Assembly: GCA_964016885.1 (NCBI GenBank)
Contig: OZ024748.1
Coordinates: 7,130,001 to 7,194,000 of the forward strand
DNA from: Eledone cirrhosa
Lineage: Eukaryota
Direction of reading: 5' to 3'
DNA: 64,000 nt
The position numbers were made by a program, and so were the translations under genes. How positions within the stretch are numbered: position 1 is the stretch's first letter; every line of letters begins with the position of its first letter. The notes beneath the pieces are model-generated. The model had not been told where the DNA came from. It saw nothing but the letters and a program-made list of their open reading frames with translations, and made no database searches. Shown here piece by piece: positions 31,114 to 49,583 of the stretch.

Positions 31114-31392
31114 CAGGGTGTCCCAAAAAATATATACATACTTCAAGAGCATTCTAAATATTATATACTACCATAAAGTTAAAATTACACTTTAAATATT
31201 ATTATACAGGGTGTCCCAAAAAATATATACATACTTCAAGAGCATTCTAAACATTATATACTACCATAAAGTCAAAATTACACTTTAAATATTATTATAC
31301 AGGGTGTTCCAAAATAATGTATACACACTTCAACAACATTCTAATAAATATTGCCTGTACATTTTGTGTATACATTTTGGGTGAACACCCTG
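31114..31392. mobile_element. Tc1/mariner-type MITE (31300-31392) whose left half is triplicated in 93-bp tandem units; second copy at 41968-42073
   Basis: TA|CAGGGTGTYCCAAAA at 31114, 31207 and 31300; right TIR TTTTGG...ACACCCTG; shared internal TTCTAATAAATATTGCCTGTACA. Confidence 0.65.
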
Positions 31393-31479
31393 CATATTAA
31401 ATTGTAGAACTAAATGCATTCTAACAATAATTTACTACAATTTAGCCACAACTACTAACTATTGCTATTTACTATAATA

Positions 31480-32212
31480 TATAACTATCTACTCTCTAGA
31501 TATATAATATATAATATATAACTATCTAATCTCTAGATATATAATATAAATATATAACTATTTACTTTCTAGATATATAATATATAATAAATAACTATTT
31601 ACTCTCTAGATATATAATATATAATAAATAACTATCTACTCTCTAGATATATAATATATAATAAATAACTATTTACTCTCTAGATATATAATATATAACT
31701 ATCTAATCTCTAGATATATAATATATAATATATAACTATTTACTCTCTAGATATATAATATATAACTATTTACTCTCTAGATATATAATATATAATAAAT
31801 AACTATTTACTCTCTAGATATATAATATATAATATATAAATATTTACTCTCTAGATATATAATATATAATATATAACTATCTACTCTCTAGATATATAAT
31901 ATATAACTATCTACTCTCTAGATATATAATATATAATATATAACTATTTACTCTCTAGATATATAATATATAATATATAACTATCTAATCTCTAGATATA
32001 TAATATATAATATATAATATATAACTATCTAATCTCTAGATATATAATATATAATATATAACTATCTAATCTCTAGATATATAATATATAATATATAACT
32101 ATCTAATCTCTAGATATATAATATATAACTATCTACTCTCTAGATATATAATATATAACTATCTACTCTCTAGATATATAATATATAACTATCTACTCTC
32201 TAGATATATAAT
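31480..32212. repeat. AT-rich 30-44-bp minisatellite with TCTAGA in each unit
   Basis: TATATAACTATCTACTCTCTAGATATATAA variants. Confidence 0.92.
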
Positions 32213-32910
32213 ACAATTTTATTTACTATCACAATTACAATATAGAAATAAATGATATATCTCAACGCCCATTGAAATCATTTTAAACAATTATACATAT
32301 ATATATATATATATATATATGTACCTATAAATATATATATATACATATAAATTATGTACATATATATACATATATATATACATATACACACACATATATA
32401 CATATATATGTATATACATACACGCAAACAAGTTCATATATATATATACAGACATTGATACAATACATATATTTGTGTTAGGCACAAGGATGTATAATCA
32501 AGGTGAGGATTTAGTTTATTATATCGATTGCATCGACTTCAAATCAGAACTATTAGTTTGTATGATCGATCTTGGAAGCAACGATAAATTTGGTTTGGCA
32601 GGATTTGAACCCAGTACGTTTCATAAATAAACATCACCAACGTTCTAACGGTTCTGCCAATATTATTATCATTATTACTTGGGGTAAGCAGGGGGTGAAT
32701 TGACATTAATCGGAAGAGCATCGGCCATTATGCTTTCCGGCATAGAGTTACGACGCTTTACGTTCTGAGTACAACTTTGCCATTTATCCTTACGAGGTCG
32801 ATGAAATATAGTACCAGTTAAGCACTAGGGTCGATTTAATTGACTTTCCTCTGCCTCCAAAAATTGTTGACCTTGTGTCTAAGTCAAAAATCATTATTAG
32901 TTGTGGAAAT

Positions 32911-33103
32911 GGCGGTGGATTGGCAGTATCGGTAGAGGGTCAGACGCCATGTTTTGACGCATAGAGTTACGGCCCTTGCCATTCTGAGTTCAAATCCCAC
33001 CGAGGTTAACTTTGCCTTTCATCCTTACGAAGTCGATAAAATAAAGTACCAGTAATGCACTGGGAAATTTGCTGGCCTTGTGCCAAAAGTAGAAACAATT
33101 ATT
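32911..33103 (+). mobile_element. SINE S1, full length with TSD; older related copies at ~32690-32895 and ~33185-33330
   Basis: TSD ATTATTAGTTGTGG at 32893 and 33098. Confidence 0.88.
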
Positions 33104-33355
33104 AGTTGTGGGAAGTTTCTAGATTTGGGTGTACCGTTACCTGCCCCCTTAAAAAAAGAGTTTGTGACATTTATTTTTACCCCTTTACATCCCTTTACAT
33201 TCTGAGATCACATCATGTGAGGGAGCCAGATTTCTCGGGGTTGATAAAATATATGAACCTGTCAAATACGAGATCCATTAAATTGACTGCTACCCCCCAC
33301 ATCAGTTGATCCTGAGAAGTCGTCACTATCACAACTCTATATATATGTGTGCAAG

Positions 33356-33477
<122 letters not shown>

Positions 33478-33714
33478 CCTAATACTAACTCTGTTTGTAC
33501 TGCATTCTTCGTTATTGTTTTTGTTTTTTGTTTTTAACTTTATATATATATATATATATACATACATATATATATACATATATACATATATAATGTATAT
33601 ATGTATGTATATATAATGTATGTATGTATGTATATATGAGTGTTGAATTTTATGTATAGATAGATAGATGCATAGTTTGAATAGGAGTATATGCATACAC
33701 GTGTGCTGGTTGTT

Positions 33715-33965
33715 GTAGCAGCAGCAGCAACAGTAGTAGCAGTAGTAGCAGTAGTAGCAGTAGTAGTAGCAGCAGTTGTAGTAGTAGTGTTGGTGGTGGT
33801 GGTAGCGGTGGTGGTAGCAGTAGTACTAGTAGTAGTAATAGTAGCAGTAGTAAAAGTAGTAGTAGTAGTAGTAGTAGTAGCAGCAGCAGTAGCAGTAGTA
33901 GCAGTAGTAGTAGTAGTAGTAGCAGTAGTAGCAGTAGTAGTAGTAGTAGTAGCAGCAGTAGTAGC

Positions 33966-33997
<32 letters not shown>

Positions 33998-34920
33998 CAG
34001 CAGCAGTAGTAGTAGTAGCAGTAGTAGCAGCAGTAGTAGCAGCAGTAGTAGTAGTAGCAGTAGTAGCAGTAGTGGCAGCAGTAGTAGTAGTAGTAGTAGT
34101 GGCAGCAGTAGTAGTAGTAGTAGCAGCAGTAGTAGTAGTAGTAGCAGCAGTAGTAGTAGTAGCAGTAGTAGCAGCAGTAGTAGTAGTAGCAGTAGTAGCA
34201 GCAGTAGTAGTAGCAGTAGTAGCAGTAGTGGCAGCAGTAGTAGTAGTAGTAGTAGCAGCAGTAGTAGTAGTAGCAGTAGTAGCAGTAGTGGCAGCAGTAG
34301 TAGTAGTAGTAGTGGCAGCAGTAGTAGTGGCAGCAGTAGTAGTAGTAGTAGTAGTAGCAGTAGTAGTAGTAGTAGTAGCAGCAGTAGTAGTAGTAGCAGT
34401 AGTAGTAGTAGCAGTAGTAGCAGTAGTAGTAGTAGCAGTTGTAGTAGTAGCAGCAGTAGTAGTAGTAGTAGTAGCGGTAGTAGTAGTAGTAGTAGCGGTA
34501 GTAGTAGTAGCAGTAGTAGTAGTAGTAGCAGCAGCAGCAGTAGTAGTAGCAGCAGCAGCAGCAGTAGCAGCAGCAGTAGTAGTAGTAGCAGCAGTAGTAG
34601 TAGCAGTATTAGTAGTATTAGTAGTAGTAGTAGCAGCAGTAGTAGCAGCAGCGATAAAAGTTGTAGTAGTAGTAGCAGTAGCAGCAGCAGTAGTAGTAGT
34701 AACAGTAGTAGTAGTGGCAGCAGTAGTAGTAGTAGTAGTGGCAGCAGTAGTAGTGGCAGCAGTAGTAGTAGTAGTAGTAGCAGTAGCAGTAGTAGCAGTA
34801 GTAGTAGTAGCAGTAGTAGCAGTAGCAGTTGTAGTAGTAGTAGCAGTAGTAGCAGTAGCAGCAGCAGTACCAGCAGCAGTAGTAGTAGCAGTAGTAGCAG
34901 TAGTAGCAGTAGTAGTAGTA
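33715..34920. repeat. (GTA/GCA)n trinucleotide array
   Basis: Direct reading. Confidence 0.95.
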
Positions 34921-35216
34921 GGTGAAGGCGGTGTTCAACAGTTTACAAGTAACCTCGGTCTGGAGTCAGTGAGGCATGGCAACAGTCATAATAGATGTGT
35001 AAGAAGGCACAACACAAACATATTACTAGTGTATGATGTGTGTATGTGTTTGTGTCAGTGTGGGGATATATATCTATATTGTGTATGTATGTGTCAGTGT
35101 TCCTGTATGTGTGTGTGTGTTCTTTAACTGAATTTAATCAATGGAATGGGCCCACGGTGGGGTACTTTCTAAATTTAGTTTCTCCTGCAGTTATTGCAAC
35201 GATGTTTTTTCTACAA

Positions 35217-35257
<41 letters not shown>

Positions 35258-35259
<2 letters not shown>

Positions 35260-35372
35260 GGAGGTGAGTTTTATTGTAGTACAATAAAGCAATGCAGATA
35301 TCGGATAAGAAGCACTCTACAGTTTGTAGGACTGGAGTATACATAATATATAAGATCTTTTGATTTTATATA
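35258..35372 (-). mobile_element. Family B tail-only fragment
   Basis: Near-identical to the reverse complement of 6290-6387; flanked by (TA)n. Confidence 0.65.
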
Positions 35373-35511
35373 TTATATATATATATATTTATTTATTTAC
35401 GTGTCCCAACGACTTTTTTTAGCCGTTGCTCGCACCAACCGGAGGTATATGGTCTTTAAAGCGATGAAATGCCTATGATGGTTGGAAGACCACTGATGAA
35501 GGACAAACGTT

Positions 35512-35559
<48 letters not shown>

Positions 35560-35561
<2 letters not shown>

Positions 35562-35762
35562 CGAAGGAGTTGTGGTAAGGAACCAGATGGACCATAACGC
35601 ACCAGAGTACTCAATACTTAGAGTAGTAGAATGGGTAATAGGAGAAAGTATGACCCCGACGGCAGAGCTCAAGCCGTTTCGACGGATATTTCTGGGCTAA
35701 ACAGTCCAGAAATAGCCGTCGAAACGGCTTGAGCTCTGCCGTCGGGGTCATACTTTCTCCTA
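35560..35762 (-). mobile_element. Family F hairpin element in (TA)n
   Basis: Hairpin 35639-35762; tail with GAGTACT motif; (TA)n on both sides. Confidence 0.72.
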
Positions 35763-36114
35763 TATATATATATATATATATATATATCCAACCACTCTTA
35801 GACGTGTCTAAATGTTAACACATATCTAAGGAGCTTCCGATTCCAGCGTCAGGATCGATCATTAATCGATCGTTCCTAGAGTTGATCAACAGTAAAACAT
35901 GTAATATGTAATAAAAAATGTATATGTTGCAACACTGATTCTTTGTTCCCTTATAATTTATTATATATATATATATATATACATACACACATATATATAT
36001 ATATATACATACATACACACATATATATATATATATACATACATACACACATATATATATATATATACATACATACACACATATATATATATATATATAT
36101 ATACATACATACAT

Positions 36115-36269
<155 letters not shown>

Positions 36270-36334
36270 TATATATATATATACACACACATATATATAT
36301 ATATATATACACACACATATATATATATATATAT

Positions 36335-36405
<71 letters not shown>

Positions 36406-36515
36406 TATATATATATATATACACACACATATATATATATATATATACACACACATATATATATATATACACACACATATATATATATATACACACACAT
36501 ATATACATACATACA

Positions 36516-36551
<36 letters not shown>

Positions 36552-36619
36552 TATATCTCTATATATATAATATATATATCTCTATATATATAATATATAT
36601 ATCTCTATATATATAATAT

Positions 36620-36679
<60 letters not shown>

Positions 36680-36978
36680 TGTAATAAACAACATAAGGCA
36701 ATTATTTCATTTACCAGTGGTTTCATATATATATATATATAGATATATACATATTATATGTATATATATATACGTATATATAAATACACACATTCACATA
36801 CACACACACATATATATATATATGCACAGGTATGAATCGAAGTTGTAGCCGCAATATAGAAAGCAGATAATAATCGAATTGTTTGAGGCAGTCACAAAGC
36901 ACTCGATGGGGTGAAACGTTAGTAAATACAATAAGTTAAGAAAGTTTGACACCAAATATATATGGCCATAAAAATACC

Positions 36979-37060
<82 letters not shown>

Positions 37061-37186
37061 TTGAGGTTGGTAATGGCACACGGAATATATAAGAGACAGA
37101 ATACTTTTTTGTGAAAAAACATATTTTATAAGGTAAGGAATGAATAAAGGGTATAAAAAATGACCGGTTTCGATGGGTCTGCAAAA

Positions 37187-37224
<38 letters not shown>

Positions 37225-37869
37225 TGTGGAAGCTTAGTAAAATCGAAACTTTGGCTGTGGGCAAGCAAAGTCGACCTACAATATGAATGAGTTAGCAAAG
37301 CACTCGATAAGGGTAGGTCCTTAGAGTAACAACATACGTTTAAATATCTTGACAAATTGAACATTGTGGTAGGCAAAACCTAACACACAATACCAGAGCA
37401 ACGAAAAAACTAACAGGTTAAAAAAGATGCACCTAATATATATATATATATATAAAGCACCGATTATTTGCTTAAACTTTAATCTGTTATTTTGATAAAT
37501 ATTTGCTGTACGGATTTTATATATATTTAGATATGTATTATCATTATCAAGTCCTCTTAGGATTTTAGTCTTAACATTTATTATTATTACTATATACTTA
37601 TTTATATATATATAAAGAGAGAGGTGTGTGGGGGGGGGGGGGTAGATATATATAATAGATGTGAATATTGAGGGATATATAATTTGTTTGTATATAAATA
37701 ATATACATGATTCTATGTGCGGGTATTTTAAACGAAGGTGTTGTTACATCGAATGTAGAAACTTGGCGAAAAAAATCAAATTCGAATATTTCGTTATCGT
37801 TTTCCATCATCAGTGGTACTGAAATAAATACCCTAATGGCTTATATATAGATTTTGCAAATAGTGCAGC

Positions 37870-37927
37870 TTTGCATATGCTTATTTGCATAAGGTGCCTG
37901 CTTAATGAGCTAGTATTAATTAGTAAT
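37870..37927. promoter_or_regulatory. Candidate enhancer: octamer ATTTGCAT (37883) with a neighbouring POU-like site and TAAT homeodomain sites
   Basis: TTTGCATATGCTTATTTGCATAAGG...CTTAATGAG...ATTAATTAG in unique sequence. Confidence 0.3.
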
Positions 37928-38462
37928 AGGGCTTACACAGCTTGATTCAGATTATATGGTGGCATATATTGGTGTTTTATATTCTCACGAGAATAGAAAC
38001 TATTTTATAGCCACTGTTGTTAAGTAATACATACTCATACACATACATTCATGCGCTCATACACACGCACTCATACACTCATACACATACACTCATACAC
38101 ACATACACACACACATGTATATATATGTATCAAAATGGAGGCGGTAAAAACCAGTTAGACGATTACTCACCAGAGTACTCGATACTTGGGGTAGTAGAGT
38201 GTGGCCCTGAATTTGTTCATATATATATATATATATACATACTTATACACACACATCTATATATACATACACACATATATATGTGTATCCTGGGTTCAAC
38301 CGGGGGTAACTACAGTAAGTAAGGTACTCAATACACAGAGTATATAATGTTCAATATAGAAATGATTTCTTTCGAATGAAACAGGTCTAGTCCTATAGAA
38401 GCCATTTTCTATATTAAATATTACACACACACATACATCTATATATATATACCTACATGCAA

Positions 38463-38497
<35 letters not shown>

Positions 38498-38511
38498 CTT
38501 ACATGCACACG

Positions 38512-38685
<174 letters not shown>

Positions 38686-38999
38686 CATTCATGCATACAT
38701 ACTGTCGAAGCCAGTCACGTGGAAAGACACATTAGAGAATGTAGAGCCTGTTATACAAAAAAAAGATAGATGGTCACGGATGGATGGGTTTCATGATAGA
38801 TTTGCTCAATCAGGGCTGACCTGGGGTTAAACAATAGCTATAAATACTTGCAAACGAAAGATCTTGATTTGGGGAGGAAAACGTTCAGAAAAGTGTGGCA
38901 CTGAGGCGGGGACTATAAAACGATAAGAACTTTCATTCACCACTACACTACTTTACCATACTAAACACACACAGGTACACATGCATACATGTATATACA

Positions 39000-39232
39000 C
39001 ATATACACACACACAGGTACACACGCATACAGTTATATACACATATACACACGCATAGTTATATACACATATACACACGCATGCAGTTATACACACATAT
39101 ACACACAGGTACACACGCATACAGTTATATACACATATACACACGCATACAGTTATATACACATATACACACGCATACAGTTATATACACATATACACAC
39201 GCATACAGTTATATACACATATACACACACAT
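39000..39232. repeat. 28-bp minisatellite CGCATACAGTTATATACACATATACACA
   Basis: Period 28 (39116, 39144, ...). Confidence 0.85.
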
Positions 39233-39307
39233 ACATACATATATATACTCACACGCACATAGAAACATATATATATACTGACATAGATATAGAGAGAGAT
39301 TACTAAT

Positions 39308-39340
<33 letters not shown>

Positions 39341-39342
<2 letters not shown>

Positions 39343-39806
39343 TACTTCAAAATATTAATATATATAGACATTCATGTGATCAAATATATTTTATTATACA
39401 TATTTCAGAGATACTGAGCTATTTCAACAGTATGTCCTCATCAGATAAAATAAGTTGATGCCTGACATACCTTGACTATGTTGATTGTTATAATTTAGTC
39501 ATGGCATGACTAAATTATAACCATCAACATAGTCAAAGTATGTCAGGCATCAACTTATTTTATCTGATGAGGATAATAATTTATGTCAGGCATCAACTTA
39601 TTTTATCTGATGAGGACGTACTGTTTAATTAGCTCAGTACCTCTGAAATATGTATAATAAAATATATTTGATCACATGAATGTCTATATTTAATAATATT
39701 TTGAAGTAATATTAATAACTCCAGAAAACCTACTTGTAGAGTGCTTATAATCTATTGTGAAACTTTATTCATTGATGAATTCATTGAACCTTGTTAAACT
39801 TTTAAT
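39341..39806 (+). mobile_element. Family C PLE-like element: palindrome 39341-39711 with internal duplication, plus GTAGAGTGCT tail
   Basis: Arms pivot at GTCATGGCATGAC (~39498-39510); hammerhead in each arm; (TA)n flanks. Confidence 0.7.
39599..39664 (+). ncRNA. Minimal type I hammerhead ribozyme (family C element); mirror copy on minus strand 39387-39452
   Basis: TATTTTAT-CTGATGA-GGACGTACTG...CAGTACCTCT-GAA-ATATGTAT-A|ATAAAATA. Confidence 0.75.
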
Positions 39807-40021
39807 TATATATATATATATATACAGATAGGTAGACACATTCAAACACCTGCACATGTACACACACACACACACAGAAATATATATATACATACATACA
39901 CCCCTATACAGAAATGCATGGTTCGTCCTTAACATGTGTCTTTACAGCGGGAAACTTGAATTAATATAAAGGTAGACATTTTAGAAACAACACCCACACA
40001 CATACATCCGGAAAGACACAC

Positions 40022-40123
<102 letters not shown>

Positions 40124-40124
40124 G

Positions 40125-40190
<66 letters not shown>

Positions 40191-40191
40191 G

Positions 40192-40552
<361 letters not shown>

Positions 40553-40579
40553 TGTGTGTATATATATATATATATATAG

Positions 40580-40685
<106 letters not shown>

Positions 40686-41110
40686 TACATTTGTAAGTAT
40701 ATATAAATGTACTTATAGAGTGCTGGACAGACAGGCACACAAATAAATATACCGTGTAATGATGCATATAACGAAATCACAGAGAATATCATTCAATGAA
40801 AGAAACTGAGTCAATCTGGATATATCCATATCTATGTTTATCTAAAAACCGGTGACGATTTAGATAGCGTCCCCGGTGTTGTATCAAAAAGCTTAACCAG
40901 CGTTGTTTGAAAAACGCAACAGTAAACCATTCAAAAATTGTAGATCGATAATTTTTTCCCACGGACCTCTTCTCGGTGATCGAATAAACTAATTATTCTG
41001 TCTAGTTACTGACATTCGTAAAATAATAAAAGTGTATACCTGTGTAGGTGTGTGCTTATATATATATATATATAAGCACACATAAATAATATATATATAT
41101 ATATATATAT

Positions 41111-41600
41111 GTAGATAAATCTACCAAGAGTTTACGGTAGTGTCCAATCCGTATGAAGAACTCAATGTATTCCGGATATCATGGAAAGAAGAGATGCAAT
41201 GAAAAATCACTTTCGGTGAAAGATAAACGGAATACAGAGTCAAGATAAAATATTAAAAAAATAATGAATAAAACAATGAAACAGTTCCTTATTATGTTGA
41301 AAAGGTAACACACTAGAGAGAGATATACAGTGCGCTATCAATAAGACAGGGAAAAACCACCAGTCTATGGAATCTATAACCTATGAAAGGCAGACTATAG
41401 ACACGATAATTAAAAATATAAATTAACTATATAGTTATATAAGTATTTATTTACGCTTTAATTTATATTTTTAATTATCGTGTCTATAGGTTATAGATTC
41501 CATAGACTGGTGGTTTTCCCTGTTTTATTGATAGCGCACTGTATATCTCTCTCTAGTGTGTTACCTTTTCAACATATTGTATTTTAAAGAGCTCAGGATT
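41111..41600. mobile_element. Family E TA-flanked element with inverted arms 41293-41425 / 41458-41576
   Basis: Inverted arms read directly. The left end TAGATAAATCTACCAA...GTGTCCAATCCGTATGAAGAACTCAATGTA recurs at 56378-56434. No intact hammerhead seen. Confidence 0.55.
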
Positions 41601-41662
41601 TCTTCTCCTTTGAGCACATTATTTACAGGGAATGACAAGAGTCTATGGCTCCGTTAATGTAT

Positions 41663-41740
<78 letters not shown>

Positions 41741-42561
41741 ATATACGTGCTGCGTGGTCTTTAAAGCGATGACATACCAATGATGGTTGGAAGATCACTG
41801 ATGAAGGACTAACTTTATTCATATATATATATGTGTGTGTGTGTGTATGTGTAGGCATATCTATGTATATTTATGTTTGTGTGCATATATATAAGTATGA
41901 ATGTGCCTTTTTGTATACACACACACATATATATATAAATATATATATATATATACACACACACAAACAAGGTGTCCCCGAAAACGTATACCCACTTCAA
42001 CAGTATTCTAATAAATATTGCCTGTACAGGTAATCAAAGTGTGAATACATTTCGTGGGGGTGGGGGCAACCTGTATATATGGGTGCGAGTGTGGGTGTGT
42101 GTGTGGGGGGGGGTTATTACTTGTGTCTGTGAGGTTGTCTGTGTGTGCATGTACGTATGTAAGTATCTATCCAATTATATATATCTGCCAAGACGGTCTT
42201 GAGTGCTGATGGTAACATGTAACCCAGTACAACCTGTTGTATGGTCGGGTTGTCGCTGACTAAACCAGCAACTGCACCAAGCTTGCTTGGATAAAAGTGT
42301 GATTTTTGGTCACCCTGCAGGGTTTAAACCAAACCCCCTCAAAAGGCGCAGGTACGCCTTTAGACAGGATTTGGTTCAAGTTCTCTAAATGTTTGCTTGT
42401 TAATATGTATCCTGGGTTATATATTAAAATAACAGATTAAAGTTTAAGCAAAGAATCGCTGCTTTCACCCTTGACGGGATCTTCTGAAACTCATATATAT
42501 TTGATATATATTTATCCTTATCGAGCCCTCTTTGGATTTTACTCTTCAAATTTATTATTAT

Positions 42562-42598
<37 letters not shown>

Positions 42599-42746
42599 TA
42601 TATTTATATAATTTATACAAGGGAACGGGATGATTTAATGTGAAACCTCCAGTGATTGTAGTTACAATCCATCTTATTACACATTTGCTTCTGTCTAGTT
42701 CAAATATTTAGTGAGTGGCTCTATTTTTACCGAAATATATTCCATA

Positions 42747-42898
42747 CCCTTTACGTTCTGAATTGAAATCCGCCGAGGTTAGCTTTGACTTTCATCCTTA
42801 CTTGGTCGATAAACTAAAGTACCAGTAATGCAGTGGGGTCGACTTAATCGACGTTTTCCTCACCGAAAATTGTTGGCCTTGTGCATAAATCAGAAACC
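42747..42898 (+). mobile_element. S1-related SINE, 5'-truncated with TSD
   Basis: TSD AATATATTCCATA at 42734 and 42899; conserved TTTCATCCTTAC...GTCGATAAA body. Confidence 0.8.
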
Positions 42899-43497
42899 AA
42901 TATATTCCATATCCTTTTCTCTTTTTCTGGTTTTACTTTCCACAAAAGTTATTCGAAGAATCACATGCCCACAGCAGATATTTCGTTGCAACAATCAGGA
43001 TCAGTGGTACATCTGCAACAATGAAATACCACCACTTCCGTAATTTCCTTCCCCAGTCATTGTAGGAGCAGAAGCAATTTTTTGGTCGTCGTTGTTGCTG
43101 CTTCCTAAGTTGAAGTGTATTTGGTACCTAGAAGGTGTGGTCGCGGGCTGTCCATCTTTGGCACATGCTGTCATGATATTGAGAGCTCATGATGGGGAGG
43201 CACTGTATTGTTAAATAGAAGGAGGTGGGGCAGCGCAAATGGTGGAGATTCTCTCGATAACGTCTTGACAGGCATATATGTGTGGTTTGGTTACGTTTAT
43301 AAACATATACCTGCATACATACATATATTTATATTTACATATCAATATTAATATCAATATCAATATATATATATGCATATTTGAATCGACACCGGCTTGA
43401 ATGATATTCTCTGAAAATCTCTGTTACAGCATTATATGCAACATTACACTGGCTGTCACGGACTACATACTTTCGCATACATGCAAATGTGCATCTT

Positions 43498-43554
<57 letters not shown>

Positions 43555-43562
43555 GTGGTGTG

Positions 43563-43658
<96 letters not shown>

Positions 43659-44709
43659 TAACAATGAAAGGGACTTGTGAATATGTAGAGACCGACTCTC
43701 TCTATAGGTGTAGAGATTATAAAAGCAGAAGAAGATATAGATAATTCAACGAAACAAGAGAGTGAGATCATGAAATATATGAAGAGGCGTAAGTATAGTA
43801 CCAGGCTAAAGAAAGGTACAGAACAGACAGAATTGTTGATGATTACACCTGAACACACATTAGTGTTCAGGTAAAACCAGGGCAAGTCCCATGTACTGAG
43901 TGTTAGAAAGGGGAGAGACAAAAATAGGGGACAGGGATGTTGTGATATAGTGAGAGAGGCAGAGAGTGAGACAGTGAGAGAATGAGAGAGTGAGAGAATG
44001 AGAGAGTGAGAGAGTGAGATAATTAGAGAGTGAGAGAATGAGAGGGTGAGAGACGTTGTAAAAGGAAGAGAGGAAAGACATAGAAATTAAAATGTTGGCA
44101 CTCAAATATACAACAGACGTTTAACAAAGACCCCACAGTAAATCAGTAAATGCAGTTATCACTAGAGTACATAGATACCTGTATATGCAGGTATGGAATA
44201 ATTACATATCACAGAAAACTGTGGTTGTGAATAAAATAATTAAATAATTACACATGAGAAGAAAACATTGCAGAGAGTATGATAACAGATGTACTAAATG
44301 GGGCAAGGACTGAATTCCCAACCTGTAGTTGTTTGTTTATTTAACCGAGGATCAGATCTTATACAAAAGATTTATAACTAAGGTAATTCTAAGAGAAACC
44401 GTAACATCTTCAATCAGAATACAGGTAAATAGTAACACAAATTATCTAATTATTTCTTACAATTAATGACTATACAAAGTGCAATATAAGGTGTAATAGG
44501 CTGATATTTCATGCAGTGAAGTGAAGAAGTTCCATCCATGAAATATGACTATATACTGTGGGACTAACATACTAGGTAGATGGCACCAAACTCCTGAGGT
44601 AGTCACTAGAATACAGCTAATATTGAGAAATAAATGCGATATTGAAATTGAAGAAATTATTAGGCATGGGAGAAGGACAGTACAGAACACACATACACAC
44701 ATCTAGATA

Positions 44710-48300
<3,591 letters not shown>

Positions 48301-48713
48301 TATATAACTGTCTAATCCCGTAAAAGATAATTCTATATTAAATTTGTTATATATATATATACAGATATACATACATTTATACTTATAGTCATACATACAT
48401 ATGAATTACATATGCATACATATAATACAGACATACACACACGCACACACAGGCATATATATATATATATACATATGTATACATATATATACAGATTAAA
48501 GTTAAATTTATTATTATCACTATATGGATGTAAGTAGGCACGTATGTAGTAATAATAATAAATGTTAAGACTAAAATACAAAGAGGGCTCGATAAGGATA
48601 AATATATATCAAATATATAAGAACCGTAGACCACATATTTATTAAAATAAAGTTTAAGCAAAGAATCGCTGCTTTCACCCGTTAACAAATATATATATAT
48701 ATATATATATACA

Positions 48714-48754
<41 letters not shown>

Positions 48755-48755
48755 T

Positions 48756-48786
<31 letters not shown>

Positions 48787-48843
48787 TTATTTAGGCGATG
48801 GTTTAATAATGGCCGAACTGCAACACATTTTTGAAATTAAAAT

Positions 48844-48893
<50 letters not shown>

Positions 48894-48986
48894 CATACGT
48901 ACATACATACGTACGTACATCCATTATAGAACCATAAATGCATACATCTATCTTTGCATACAAACACAAATATATGTAAACGTAAA

Positions 48987-49048
<62 letters not shown>

Positions 49049-49073
49049 TATATATATATAGATATATATATAG

Positions 49074-49107
<34 letters not shown>

Positions 49108-49252
49108 CCTTGATTACATAAATACATACATTCATGCTTCCTTACTTACACCAATACTTTCATACTTACATACCTCCATACATGCATACATCCATGCATA
49201 CATACGTGCCTACTTACATCCATTTATACATGCATACATATATACATATGTG

Positions 49253-49529
49253 AAGGCGCATGGCCTAGTGCTAAGGGTGTTGAATTTACGATCATAGGTT
49301 CGATTCCTGGACTGAGTTGTGTGTTATGTTTTTGTGTAAAACATTTCAATTCTCGTTGCTGTAATAGAGATACCTAAAAATGGGTACCAGCAAAAGCTAG
49401 GAGTTTATCCCTGAGATGGACTGGCTTCATGTCCATGGGGAAGTATTTTACTCTCAGTCGAAACACGCTACGGAATCCGGGTTATGTACCAGCCTGATGA
49501 GCCACCGAGCTCGAGCAGACTTCAGATTT
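49253..49529 (+). mobile_element. Second tRNA-derived SINE family (older)
   Basis: A-box TGGCCTAGTG and B-box GGTTCGATTCC, followed by a SINE-like body. Confidence 0.65.
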
Positions 49530-49531
49530 AG

Positions 49532-49583
<52 letters not shown>

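Noticed and set aside
33691-35127. 478-aa poly-Val/Ala ORF
   Set aside because: (GTA/GCA)n repeat.
43040-43130. Minus-strand ...KIASAPTMT resembling a LINE (RTE) endonuclease motif
   Set aside because: Too short, and no further RT/endonuclease motifs recognised.
49455-49515. GAAAC and CTGATGA within the second SINE as a hammerhead
   Set aside because: The required stems do not pair.
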